A DNA stretch of 64,000 bases, taken from contig CP145420.1 of NCBI GenBank assembly GCA_036867785.1, positions 1,178,001-1,242,000 of the forward strand, given 5' to 3'. Below are positions 1-12,628 of this stretch, piece by piece (within the stretch, counting starts at the first letter, position 1; each line of letters opens with the position of its first letter). The DNA is from Plasmodiophora brassicae (lineage: Eukaryota). Made by a program: the position numbers and the translations under genes. The notes under the pieces were generated by a model. The model searched no databases, was not told the DNA's origin, and was given only the letters and a program-made list of their open reading frames with translations.

Positions 1-718
1 GACTCTTGTCACTAAGGCGTAGTTCGGCACAGGTCTTGTTCGACACTCCCGCGATCTGCGCGGAGCCTTGCACGAAGACCTTGTATCGGACCCATTCCAA
101 GGCGTGCTTCATGATGCCCTTCAAGTCACCCTCCCGGTTGGTCTTATCGTCTTTCACCCATTGCCGCACATGGTCCCGTAATGGCCATGGCTGAAGTGTG
201 TCCACCAACAATCGGCCAAGTGCTCGGCGTCCACCGGTCGTGTCTCGTAGGTGAAGCCATCCGCGCTTCCACTGGATCTCCGTCATCCGATCCAAGATGG
301 ACTGCACTTGGTCCTTCAACGTAGGGAGGTTCACGTCCATCGACAGCTCCTTGGACATCTTGACTTCGATGTCCTGCGTCGTGAGCCCATGGCTGGCCGG
401 AAGACTCTTGATCTGGCCGTCGATCCACCCTTCGAGTTCCTCATCAGTCAGCATGTCGACGCTGCGAAGGAAAAGGTGGTTCAGTGCAATGGACGTCAGC
501 TGTGGCGTCGTGAAGCAGAAGCGGATTGCTTGCGGCTTGATCCTAGCTTCCTCAGGACGTTGTCCTTCGCGGTCAGTCACGACAGCACAGTAGCGATCAT
601 ACCGCTCCTTCAACTTCAGGATCGACGTAGAATCCAGCTTCGTCGCGTGCGGAAGAATGCTGAGGTTTGCCGAGCTCTTGAAACCGCCGACGTTCGCGCC
701 TTGCGACTGAGATGCCAT
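1..718 (-). CDS. Gag-like ORF of LTR retrotransposon copy 1 (runs off the left edge)
   Basis: Hand translation from ATG at 718 (MASQSQGANVGGFKSSANLSILPHATKLDSTSILKLKERYDRYCAVV...) stays open to base 1. It starts about 95 nt downstream of the LTR at 813-1026. It is absent from the ORF track because there is no stop in the window. Confidence 0.7.
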   Translation of the reverse strand, partial: MASQSQGANVGGFKSSANLSILPHATKLDSTSILKLKERYDRYCAVVTDREGQRPEEARIKPQAIRFCFTTPQLTSIALNHLFLRSVDMLTDEELEGWIDGQIKSLPASHGLTTQDIEVKMSKELSMDVNLPTLKDQVQSILDRMTEIQWKRGWLHLRDTTGGRRALGRLLVDTLQPWPLRDHVRQWVKDDKTNREGDLKGIMKHALEWVRYKVFVQGSAQIAGVSNKTCAELRLSDKS

Positions 719-812
719 GACGTTGTAAACAGTTGCGACGCTCCGCCGCCCGTTAACGTGTAGCGTGTACGTGTGGTTGGACGTATACGTAGGGGTGGGA
801 CGTAGTGCGCAC

Positions 813-1026
813 TGTAGTCCCGTGTCTGCAGACTCTTGACGGCACGTAATGACACAGAAACAGAATGACGTTTATCAATCGCATCGTCACGACGACGTCA
901 GCCTCGCCACGTCATCGTGCTAAATCGGGGCACGCAGTTTGTCTAAATATAGTCCAGGACCGTCAGGTCAAGTGGCAGCACGTTGATGTAGGGAACGAGA
1001 CGCTATAAATAGAGCCCCGCTCTACA
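813..1026 (-). mobile_element. 5' LTR (214 bp) of gypsy copy 1
   Basis: The minus strand reads TGTAGAGCGGGG...GGGACTACA (TG...CA with 5-bp terminal inverted repeats). Its first ~53 nt match the plus-strand LTR start at 3426. Confidence 0.8.
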
Positions 1027-2678
1027 CTGGTCGCATCGCACTGTCATGTAGAGCAACGCGCATCATGCAGATGGACGATTTGCGAGTCACTCCTCGGCAA
1101 CATCCTGAATTCAGCTGGCCGACCGAAAAGGAGATCCGCGATTCGCAACGCTTTCTGTCACGAGAGGAGAAGATCGAGGACGGGGTATACTTCGATGAAG
1201 CTGATCGTCTGTGGAAGAACGAGAGCAAAGCCGTTCTTATTCCTTGTCATCAAGACTGCAAGAGTCTACGCCTTCGAATCCTGGTCATTGGCCATTGCGC
1301 AAGAGCTGGTCATCGTGCGTCGGAAGTAACCAAGCAGATGATCACGGAGCGCTTCTTCTGGACCAAGATCAATCAGGACATTGAAGCGATGTGTCAGCAA
1401 TGCCTGCATTGCATCACGACACGCGGTGGTAAGAAAGTTCCTCGGCCGCTCGGTGAAGCATTACACGGTCACCAGCCGTTCGACGTACTCACGATGGACT
1501 ATCTCTATGTGGAGCCTGTCAGGGGCGCGGACCACAAGTACAAGTATATCCTGCTCTTGAAGGACGACTTCAGTGGTTATGTTCGTCTGATTCCATCAGC
1601 TGAAGCGACAAGTCGTGTTGCTGCGGAAGCTCTGAATCAGTGGATAGCCGATTTCGCGACGCCCGAGTACCTGGTCACGGACGGTGGTTCACACTTCACT
1701 GCAGAAGTCATGGAGGAGCTTACCCGGCTACGAGGTGTTCAGCATCACATCACAACGGCATATTGTCCGTGGGCTAACGGCACGGTGGAACGCGCGAACG
1801 GCACGGTGCTCAACGTCATGCGATCAGTCCTGAACGAGGCCCAGATTGGCACGCACAACTGGCCGTACTTATGTCCTGTTGTTCAGCATGTCATCAACCA
1901 CACACCAAGTCGACGACTCAACGGCTACGCGCCATTCACGGTTATCACGGGACGTTCACCGGAAAGCCCGCTTGACCAGATCTGGGACCCAGTAGAAAGA
2001 CAGTGTCGACGAGTACCACCGGAGGGATTCGCCAAATACGTGCAGATGTTGCAAGAGACCCTCGACGAGATCCACAAGGCCGTCGATGAAGCGAAGGCAC
2101 AGCGACATGCTGCCAATGTTGAGCAACGACGACGACGACTCAAGAGTAGTCCCTACGCATCGTTCATCGTTGGCGACTACGTGCTCAATGCCAAGCCGGT
2201 ACCAGGTCCTGCGCAGAAGCTGATAGCGCAGTGGCGGGGACCGTATCGAGTTGTCAAGCAAATCAACGAGCAAGTGTATGAGTTGGAGAACCCACTATCT
2301 GAACGACGCTTAAACGCACATACGCAACGAATTCGACGATATGCAGACGCTGACTTGAACATGACCGTCGATTTGAAGCGCCACCTTCAACACACTGACC
2401 AGCATTTGATTGTGGACGACCTATTGGATTGTCGTATCGATCGAGACACGCAAGAACTGCAAATCAAGGTATCGTGGTCTGGGTTTGATCTTGAGGAGGC
2501 GACGTGGGAACCTGCACATATCATCTATGAGGACGTCCACGAGTTAGTGCACCAGCTCATAAGACGTCTGGGAGACAATCATCCACAAGCGGAAGCTCTA
2601 CGTCGTTTCGCCCCAGCACCAAAGCGAGCGAGTAACGCGCAACGCCAGACAAAGCGGAAGCAGCGACGACGGCATTAG
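1027..2678 (+). CDS. Ty3/gypsy (chromovirus) pol 3' part: integrase plus chromodomain, 5'-truncated by copy 1
   Basis: HHCC zinc finger (GHCARAGH...CQQCLHC), DDE core (TMDYL, VTDGGSHF, NGTVERAN), GPY/F motif (WRGPYRV) and chromodomain (VSWSGFDLEEATWEP). The frame stays open upstream of ATG 1065 to the LTR junction. Confidence 0.93.
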
Positions 2679-3413
2679 GTATGAATGACAATGCCTGTGC
2701 AGTGTTTACGGTTTGTGGTTGTACAGGAGTCAACCGTCAAACACGCTTATTCAGTACCGTCGGGACCGGAAGGACGACGCAACCGTATCGGTTCTGCACT
2801 GGACGATACGAGGATGATCATGATCATGGTCCTCAATCATTGTGGGCCCGGTTCTCAAATCATTGGGACCATTGCAACTGGTTTGCATGCAAGTCATGGA
2901 ATCAGTCAACCTGGTTGTTATGCGATCATGCAACCACGGTTTATGGCGCTCCTCTGAGAGGCCATCACGTTATTCGATGGGTAGTCACACAGGTGGCCTC
3001 ATCAATATCGTTATGTCACGGGACATTCGGCAGCATCCGTTAAGTCACTCGTCACCGCAGATTTGACTCTGGTCAGGGCGTTCTGACTATCGAGACTCTG
3101 TTGCGCTGGGGGTCCACGCATCTGTGTCGGCCGCTGAGCTAGGTGAATGATACTTTTCGGGTGTATATGGACCGGGCTCCACCCATCTGGGTCGAGCGCC
3201 CCATCGCCGATGTCTTCGTCAGTTCATGTATCTCCATCTCGGCTGGCTGTGGCAAGGGTGTCCGTAAATGGATTTTCCACCGATTTTTCCCATGGGGTTA
3301 CAAGGTGGTTTTTTAGTGAGTATTGGGTGATTCCGAGTCTCACACTACCCTTCGCCGTCTTCTCTATCTTCGCCGGGCACGATGATGATGTTGCTGGTTC
3401 CGGGCACGAGTTC

Positions 3414-3478
3414 GGAGAAAGGCAGTGTAGAGCGGGGCTCTATATTTAGCGTCTCGTGCCCGACCTCAAGGTGCTGCT
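3414..3478 (+). mobile_element. Polypurine tract and truncated 3' LTR of gypsy copy 2
   Basis: GGAGAAAGGCAG is followed by TGTAGAGCGGGGCTCTATATTTAGCGTCTCGTGCCC...GTGCTGC, homologous to the LTR at 813-1026. Homology stops at about 3478. Confidence 0.8.
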
Positions 3479-3778
3479 GTCCTGAGGAGGGGGTCCTGCT
3501 GTCCTGAGGAAAGGGGGCCTGCACGGATTTGGCTCCACTGTGATGGCAGGGCCGACACCGTGGATGGGATGGATGATAAAGCTCATTGGGATATTGGCTC
3601 GAGACTGACTACACCATTAACTATAGCTCATAGATTGCGCGGGTTCCGCGGTGGGGACAATCGTGGTCTAAAGCCCGCTTATTGCGTAAATTCTGTGCGT
3701 AACTCATAGATATAGGCCCCGCGTTGGAGATGCTCTAAGGATGTAATATCATCGATTCACCAGCTTGTTGACGACAAG

Positions 3779-4387
3779 ATGATGGATCCACTGCGAGCGA
3801 AATACATGATCAATCCGACGCAGTTGGCGGTGACATTGGCAAGTCGCGGCCAGTGCCAACTCAACAACGAGATCGCATCGACGAAGCATATGCTCGATAA
3901 GGTTGCTAAGGTGATCGCGGATCGCATATGCCATTCGCGACACGAACTTAAGCAGAAGGTCGTCGGGTCTATGAAGAAGAATCATGGCGACGCTCACAAT
4001 CTTCCCCTGAAGGAATTCGCTCTACATGCGTTCCCGCCGTCTCCAGAAACTCCAGAATCGCCAAGCGACGTGAATGACTCTAAGATTGAGCGGGATGCCC
4101 TGTTACGGGCTCACCGTAACAAACGGACAGGCTTCTGGCAGGCGATCGACAAGGTGTTTGACAACTTGGATGATCTGCGGAGCAGCGGTCGCGAAGACGA
4201 GGCCGACGCAATCATTTGGGATTACGTCGAGGACGATAAGGAAAAGTTCGACAAAAGTGTCAATGACGATCAATACGAAGGTGACGACGCACAGGTTGAG
4301 GGGAACGAAGAACCCGTCCCTGAAGGAGACGAGGGGAATAACGAGCGTGTTCCTGGTGCAGACATGGACCCTGAAGACTCTGGCTGA
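3779..4387 (+). CDS. Hypothetical protein with acidic tail, probably transposon-associated
   Basis: 202-aa intronless ORF with a helical-looking core (FWQAIDKVFDNLDDLR) and D/E-rich C-terminus, lying between two transposable elements. Confidence 0.45.
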   Translation: MMDPLRAKYMINPTQLAVTLASRGQCQLNNEIASTKHMLDKVAKVIADRICHSRHELKQKVVGSMKKNHGDAHNLPLKEFALHAFPPSPETPESPSDVNDSKIERDALLRAHRNKRTGFWQAIDKVFDNLDDLRSSGREDEADAIIWDYVEDDKEKFDKSVNDDQYEGDDAQVEGNEEPVPEGDEGNNERVPGADMDPEDSG

Positions 4388-4877
4388 CCGCATCACAACC
4401 AACATCACGACTTCCGTTACGAATACAAAATTACGATCGCCATTCATGCATGTGGACGCGTCGGTCCAACGCCCGCGCCTGGCCGCTGACGAAAGCTGAC
4501 AAACGTAGAAAAGAGGAGAGAGAAACCTATGATAGCGTGGTCGAAGGGATGCCCCCAACGACCTTAATGGGCATTTGCTATACATCCATTCAATAAATAC
4601 AAAATCGCAGTCACCCATTCGATGTGGACGCGAACTGATTGCCGTGGGTCGTGGCCATGCTTCACGACCGAGGACCTCCTACGGAGTCTCCTTGAAAGGC
4701 CTCCTCAGGAGGTCCGCTGTTAAAATGTTCTACACGAGCTCGGCGTCAACCTTTGAAAGAGTATTTTGCACACTACTCCGTGGGAGACTCCAGCCGCAGT
4801 CTCCACCAGAGGTCCGAGACGTGAAACCTCCCACGGAGCCTCCGTAGGAATGTTCCCCGCCAAAAACCTCAGGAGAA

Positions 4878-7538
4878 TCTCAACTTTTGGCCGTGTACTC
4901 TGGGCAATTTACGTCTACGATGCACCTCTCGACGAAAACTCTAGCAACATATACGTAGATGACATCGCCTCTTGGGCCACTGGGAGAACGAAGAAACAAG
5001 TGAAGCGCACCCTACACAAAAAGAACGCGGCACTAATGAAATGGTGCGATGCCAACCATATTAAAATCAACTGGGACAAGACGGTAATATTATTCAACGA
5101 GTACAACCCGGACGACGCTCTTAAAACAAACAAAACCAGTATAAGGACAGCACCGGAGGTCCTAGGAATCACACTAAGGGCTAATGAGGAAAACAAACAC
5201 GGTATGATGATGATCGACATTAATGGTGTAGCGGCCAGCATAACACAAAGAAGCAAAGTAGCCAGGTCGCTGCTAAAATACAACTTCCCAATTAAAATAT
5301 ACTGTACCACCAAATATGCAAAGGATTCATCGGGCAAACTAAATTACTACATGCCGATACTTGGGGCAGAAACAGGTAAAGAAATGAAAAGTGCCATCAA
5401 GCCCCTAGAAACAGCTTATAACGAGTATATGAGGACATACTCAGGAGCGTTCAGACCCACACCAATTCCCCTTCTACACGCAATGACTGGATTTCCGCTA
5501 TTACGAGACGCGATATGCACAAGCGCTACCATGACAGTCCTGTCAGCAATTGCCAATGACACCCTGCTAGGTAGAGAATACAGCACTTGGGACGGTGAGG
5601 GTGATGGATGGAGCCGAATAGTGGGGAAGACCCTCAACGAGGACATGCCCAGAACGTACACTGAGGTACATCCAAAAGTAAAGCTAAGTGAACAGACGCT
5701 GGAAACACTCTATCAGGTGCAATGCCACACGAGTTCTAGAGCAGAAGCGATCGAAAAACACCTCACAGACGAGCTACTACCCCAAGAATCACCTAAGCCT
5801 GACCCCTGGGGAAAACGCAGGAGCAGCTGCGCTCGTCATAGACAACAGGGAGTACCCGCCCACTGAAACAGTGAGAGAAACCGCTTTAAACCCGGTCATC
5901 GTTCGTTCCAGCTACGAAACAGAACTCATTGCATTAGGGTGCGGACGGGACGTTGCTATCGATGAGAACTTCAACGACACCAAAGTACACATCTTCTCGG
6001 ACTCCTGATCGTGGATCAAACAGCTGCAAGCGCTCCCAACAAGGCCAAAAAGGGTGCACGACGAGGTCGCAGCTAATGCTGACAAGCTGGCCAACCTAAT
6101 AGAGAATAACAACGAGGTACACGTACACTTCATCCCAGCCACGTCCCAAAACCAGACGAAGAAAATACGGACACAAGTTCACAGAAGACCGAATGCTCAG
6201 AGTCGTATGTAAACACGTACACTGACAGGAAAACCCCAACCAGGCGAACAGGTATCAGAAACGGTCAAGAACAATACCCAGGTAAAGACAGTAGCAGTGA
6301 CGGCTCAGACACTGACCAATCCTCGACTCGAGACGACGAAAACCCGCCAATCCACCCCAGATCGCAGATGGAGAACCAAACACATGCAGACAAAAGCAAA
6401 GCCAGTGACGGCACGAACCACACGGGCCAAAGGGCAGAAGAAGAGGACAACTCAAACACATCGCACGACTCACTACCTACGCGAAATGCGTCATTGACTG
6501 AGGAAAGCAGCGAGGATGACTCGGTGACAGACTCGGAGAGCAGAAAAAGGATCAAATACCTGGAAATAGGTCATAATGAGGAGATTGACAAGCTTGCCAA
6601 GCGAGCAGCAAAGAAAGGAAAATGTGGGGTAAACCACACACCATTCCTGTCCTCCTACAAACTCAATTTAAGACGACTAGCAGCCGAGCGGCTAGAGGAC
6701 TACCTAAAAAATAACATCAAAGACAGCAAGTGGGACGACTACCCGAAACGAAAACGATACATAGACGACGCATGGGACATCGCGTTCAACAGCAGAAAGC
6801 TACATACGCACCCACTTCTCAACAGAGCACGATCCGGGCACAGTGCAGAGCGTAAACACCTACACAATATTGACAAAAGAATGTCCGGAGAATCAGACCA
6901 ATGCAGGCACTGCAACAGTGCTGAAGAGACTATCGAACACCAACTGGTACATGCACTGCACCGCACTACGCCTCAAACTACAACACGAGCGCGAAACATA
7001 CGAACGATTATGGAAAAACTCCTTCACAGAAGCTCTATGGAAGTACGAAGACGAAATGACAAGAATACTCAAATCCGAAAAATCCAAACGATGCATATTC
7101 ATCTAATGACAAAGGAACAGGCCGAGGGCAGAAGAACAGCACAAGGTGCAGAAGCGCTGCGCACCGCCAATGCAACCCCGCCTTTGTCCTGTGGGTGCCC
7201 GACAGCCCAGTAAGTGTCGTTTAGGACTGATCATAGGGGGTCTGGGCGCCTGTAAAAAGGTGACCACCTCCACAGGGGGGTGGATGTCGTCAGTAGTGTA
7301 GGCCGGTCAACCGAAGTGAGGAAGACCAATCACCTGCGAACCTTGGAGGGCTCGATGAGCCCTTAGACTCGCCCCGGAGCCGCCACCCTGCAAGACCCCA
7401 GCACAGAGGTGACAGGCCGGCTCTGCCAGGTCGGGGAAAGTGAGCGTTCTGCGAACTTCCCTACGGTCCTCGGATCCGAGAACGAGGCGCCTGCGTTAAA
7501 AGCGCGAAACACAAATAAACTTAACTTCAACTTAACTT
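4878..7538 (+). mobile_element. Degenerate 5'-truncated LINE (RT C-terminus, RNase H, CCHC-like knuckle)
   Basis: RT motifs YVDDIASW and KINWDKTVILF. RNase H motifs SSYETELIAL, HIFSDS and GHNEEIDKLAK. Knuckle CRHCNSAEETIEH. The element has frameshifts and stops, an A-rich coding strand, and ends in AATAAA plus an (AACTT)n tail at 7514-7538. Confidence 0.85.
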
Positions 7539-7985
7539 GGAACGCTCGACGACCATCGCTCGAACTCGTCGGGTACGGCCACAACCGCTCGCTCGGAGCA
7601 ATCATTGCAAACGACCTGGCCGAATGACCAGGCATATATTGGGCGGTTAATTGCAGTACATGACTTGTGATCGAGCAGTCTCGGCCTGCCTCCTCATGTA
7701 TAGACCGTCGTCGACTGCACTGTGATGAGTGGGGAGGATACTCTATCATTCGGAGTATGAATATTCGCATGGATTATCACGGCGTGCATGCCCGTGCCGA
7801 CGTCGGCGTCCAGCCCCGGCCGCGGTACGTACAACGCGGACGAAGTGCGGGGTGGAGGGCCGCGGTCCGGCCGCCTTCCTCCGGTTGCCAAACGCGGCGC
7901 CCTGCCTCTGGTAGTGGGCGGGTGGCGCGCGGCCGACAATCACCAGTACCGGCTACGGTGCACGTATTACTGATTGGCGCCCGTC

Positions 7986-10349
7986 ATGGTCCTGGCCGGC
8001 GCTCGTCGCCGTTCACTGCCGCGCCTGGACAGCAGCCTGGCCGATGCGCTGCTGCCCGACCGTCACCCCGGGGCATCGCCGCGGTCCGCACGACACCAGC
8101 AGGTGGCCGTCGCCGTCGACTTTGTCCACGATGCGTGCCACGGGCACAACCCGCGCCCGATCCGCCGCCTCGCACGTTCATCGTGGACGCGCCGCGTGCA
8201 CCTGGACAATGCGAACCTGGTCCTGGCCCTGGCGAACGCATCGGTCATTGTCCTGGAGCCCGTCTGTACGGGTCACGCACCGACTGGGCCGTCGACATCC
8301 CTCACCGCCATCATCGAGGCCCTGTGTCTGGCGTTGCTGGCCATCGACCTATCGATCGTGTGCGCATGCCTGGGCCCGAAACGGTTCCTGGAGAAGCGCT
8401 GGCATCTGGTCCAGGTCGTCTGCCTGGGCGTGATGATGGGTGATCTACTCCACGCCACCGTGCCGTACATGATGAACGGGGACAGCGGGCCCCGCCTGCG
8501 CCTGTCCCGCCCGCTGCGCCCCGTACTCGTCATCAGCGCCTGTCGCCCGCTGCGCCAGTTCGTCGCCGTTGCTCTGCTGACGCTGGTGTCCATGGCCCAT
8601 TTGCTGGGCCTGCTCGTCGTCATCATCGTCATCTACGCCATGGCCGGCGTGGCCCTGTTCGCCGATACGCCCCAGTACCGCGTACCGTAGACATTGCCAT
8701 GGCGTTCGCGTCAGTCGCCCCCCGATATCTGACGTCCGGTGGCGCATGCAGGACCCGGCACAGATCCCGTACAGCGCCGTGCAGAACTTCGCCACGTTCG
8801 CGTCGGCGTCGACAGCGCTTTCGGTGCTGGTGACGACGGAAAACTTCCCCGATATCTACCTGCCGGCGCTGCACGCGCACCCGGTGCTCGCCACCCTGTA
8901 CTTCCTGTCGTTCTTCGTGCTGGGCCCCTGGGTCATCATGTCCCTGGTCATGGCCGACACCTACCGATGTTATCGGATGCATCAGGCGCGCAAGGTGTCC
9001 CGCGTGCGGTCCAAGGAGCACCGGTCCCTGTTCTGCGCCTTCCACGTGCTGGCAGACGAGTACCGGGCCGGTTCGAGCGACCCCGCTGCTGAGCAGCCAG
9101 CGCCGGCGCCAACGATCAGCCTGCCCGTGTTTGTCGAGTTCTGCCACCATGCCTGGCCAGCACTGTCGTGTAAGCACGGCATGAATGCGCACGTCCTGTT
9201 CGCCCTGCTGGACACGAACCAGGATGGGCGCATTGAGCTACGCGAGTTCCCGCAGCTGGTCCAGCTGTCCAACAGCGCCGTTCGGCGCGTCCAGAACCCG
9301 GTGGACAGCCTTCACCCGGGTACCGCCGCCATGATCCTGCAACGCGGTTGGACCAGGGCGCGCTGTACCGTCGGCCACGCGTACTACGAGGCTGCCGTCC
9401 TGGGCGTCTACCTTGTCAATGCGATCGTCATGGTCGGCGCCTATGACAATCCAACCGTGGCAGCGATCATCGTTCCCGGCTGCCTGGCCATGATGGTTGT
9501 CGACGTGGCCATGCGAATTGCAGCGCATGGCCTGCTGGGCGCCCTGCATGGGCGCCCGCTAGCCATCGGTCTTGTCGTCGCGTCGGTGCCTGCCGAGTTG
9601 GTATTGCAGGGACGCGCTCTGCTCTTGGCACGAGCGCTGCGCCTGGTCCCCATCGTCACCGCCCTGTTGGGGCGCGTACGGGCCAATGCCCGCGAGATGG
9701 CTGTCATTGTCACCCACATGATGTCGATTCTGGGCGCCTGCTTCTACGTGTTCGCCGTCATCGGCATGGAAATGTTCTCCAGGGACGCCTTGCGTCACGA
9801 GCACCGCGTCGTACCGGACCGCGACGAACGGTTTGATTCGTTCGCCGGCGCCTGCCTGGCCATGTTCCAGATGGCGTCTTCCAATAACTGGTACGATACG
9901 CCCGAGCGCCGTCCGTCGTCATCGAGTCGCGCGTTGACGTTGCCAGTACAACAGGCAGGACAACCTGTACCCAGCGGCCATGGACACCAGGTCGGTGCAG
10001 CGCATGGTCAACAGCTAATGGATGCGGCCGGTACTGATTATTGCACAGCCTGGCGTACGCAGCCCCGTTCTTCATCGTCGTCTACATCGCCATCAACATG
10101 ATCGTCATCAACGTGTTCGTCGCCAACGTCATTGCCGCCTATACGCTGTCGCAGGACGACCTGCACCAGCGCGTCGTCATTGACGATGGGCGTACCTACG
10201 ACGTCGTCGTCCATCGCCCATGGGATCGGCGCATCATCGAGGACGACATGCCGATCTTCAACGACGCCGAAGTCGATGCCCTGCACGAATACGTCCGGCA
10301 GCTCAACGAGACGATCCGGGAAGCCCCGATCGCCGCCCTGCGCCAGTGA
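7986..10349 (+). CDS. TPC1: Two-pore channel (TPC) with EF-hand linker, at least 3 introns
   Basis: S4 LRLSRPLRP, pore I LVTTENFPD, EF-hand DTNQDGRIELREF, pore II FQMASSNNW, and final S6 FFIVVYIAINMIVINVFVA. Confidence 0.85.
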
Positions 10350-10476
10350 TGCACCGGGCGTCCTGCTGCCGTGCAGTACCATCATACTATTGTAGGACAC
10401 AACACGTCTTGCAGGATACCCTGCCTGGACTGTATTCAGAAACGTTTGCTAACCTGCCGAAACATACATGAACGAA

Positions 10477-12263
10477 TCACTGCTCGTCCTCATCGTCGTC
10501 CTCGTCTTCGTCGCCTTCGCTCTCGTCATCCTGCTGAACCTCGCCTGTCTCCTTCTTCTGCTGCTCGTCCTTGCCGGCGTCCTTCCTCTTCAGCTTCGCC
10601 TTGTTCAAGACGACCTCGGGTGCAGGCGCGCTGCCCGATTTCCACATGTAGGCGACGAACGCAAGCAGACCGGCCAGGAGCGTGGCAGCGAACGGGTACG
10701 GGTTCGCAGTCACAATGTCGAGGTACGGCTGAACGGCCTGGACCATCTTGTCCACCTGCTCGCCCAGCGGGCCAGCCTGTTCGGCCTTCTTTGCATCCTC
10801 GACCTGCACACGCCGCAGCCAGTCAGCATACCGCGATACGCTGCCAGATAGAGAAAGGCGAACACACATACCTTCTTCTCCTCCTTGGCAACCTCCTCGT
10901 GGGCAGCCTTCTCGGCCTCGTACTTGACCTTCCAGTGCGCATCCGCCCACGCTCTGGCCTCGTCGGCGCTATGCCCAATGTAGATATCGTCGAACTCGAT
11001 GTTGTCCTGCATGGTCCAGATCTCGAACCCGAGGCCCTGCACGGGGGCGATCCCGTCCGTCACCTTGGTGACCTCGAAGTAGTCCGGGTTCGGGACCTGC
11101 CTCGGCTTCCACGGGCCCTTGTACTCCGGGTTGTCGATCAGGGGCGCCTTCCACTTGCCCTTGTAGGCCGGGTTCGGCTTCTGCGGGGGCGACCAGGGGC
11201 CACATCCCTTCGTCGAACATTCCGGGTTGTCGACCAGCGGCGGCTCCCATTCGCCGTCGTCCTCAACGCTCCAATCATCGGGCTGTTCCGCTTCCGGGTC
11301 GGGAATCTGAATGCCGGCAGGCACGGTCAGCGCGACCCAATAGACACACACACACACGAACAAACCTGTTTCGGTGCCGACTCGTCCCAGTCGGCAGGCT
11401 TGACAGCATCAGTGTCGGGGATCGTGGCGGGGGCATCCTCGTCCCAGTCATCGGGCTTTACCGCATTCGGATCCGGGATCTTGGCCTGGTCGACCCAGTC
11501 CGACGGCTTGACGTCGTTCGGGTCGTCAATCTCGGCGGGCGTCTGGACCGGCGGCTTGAAATCGGTCGTCGACGCCAGGTCTCCGTACGACTTGACGACG
11601 CCGTCGATGGCGATCGAGTACGACTGGTTCGCCCAGACCGCCAGCGTGTACAGGTGCGTGAAACGGTCGTTGACGATGGCGGGCGTCGACGCCGCGTGGT
11701 GCTCCGTGTACTTGCCCGTCTTGGGCGACTTGTGCCTGAAGATGAAGTGCACCTGCGCACACGCGGAGCACGTCAGGGCAATGTCGTGCGCCGACGTCGA
11801 ACGTACGCCGCTCTTCATATACCTTATCGGTCGTACCGCACTTGTCGGGACCGAACATGATCGAGTAGGGCGACTTGTCGTTGAAGGCGGCGGCGTCGTC
11901 GAACGGCGCCGACAGGGCCTTGACGTAGGCGCCACCGCACTCCAGGTGGTTATGCAGGCGCACCGTGTACTGCATGATGAAATCGTCGCCGTCAACGGGC
12001 ACCGGTTCGTCCAGGGACGTGGAGATCGCATGCCGACGGGCCTGCGATGCGGCGATCAGGGCCGTGTCGCCGACCAGGGCGTACTTCAAGGGCCCCTGCC
12101 CGATCGTCCATTCGCCGGTGAACTCCGGCGCCGTCGACAGCGTCCACGCCTCCATGGACTCGAACGTCTCCGTCCAGACGCGCGCGCCGACCACGGCCAG
12201 CAGCAGGGCCCAGGCGGCCACGGCGCCGGCCCATACGCGTGATCGTCGCGGCGTCCCCACCAT
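10477..12263 (-). CDS. CNX: Calnexin (intron-containing)
   Basis: Signal peptide, LECGGAYVK, YSIMFGPDKCG, P-domain repeats (IPDPNAVKPDDWDE, GKWKAPLIDNPEY), a TM helix and an acidic tail. Confidence 0.95.
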
Positions 12264-12628
12264 GACGGCCGTCGTCGCCCCGATTTGCCAAAATGACACG
12301 AACCGGGCCACGGGCGCGCGCACCACTCGCAGTCGCACAGACCGACCACCACCCCCGAGGCGTTACAACGGGCTGACGTGTAACGCCGCGCGCGCCTGGG
12401 ACCCCCCGCCGCGCCCAAAAATTGCCGCGCAGGAATATTCCGCGGCGCACGCGCCCACCCCGCAATTCTCCACTGGCGCAGAGGAGGGGCTGCCTGTCCG
12501 ACACGCCCACGCCGCCTGCCTGCCTGCACCTGCGCTGATCGATGATTGGCCTGCCCCACGACCGTCACTGCACCAAATCTGTTTAACGCGTACAGGTGCG
12601 CGTGCCTAGCTAGCTCGGGCGCTGGCGT

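Noticed and set aside
251-763. 170-aa plus-strand ORF as part of pol
   Set aside because: It is the antisense shadow of the minus-strand gag ORF.
7214-7512. Ribozyme in the LINE 3' UTR
   Set aside because: Small hairpins exist (AGGGCTC-GAT-GAGCCCT), but I found no hammerhead CTGANGA...GAAA core or convincing HDV fold.
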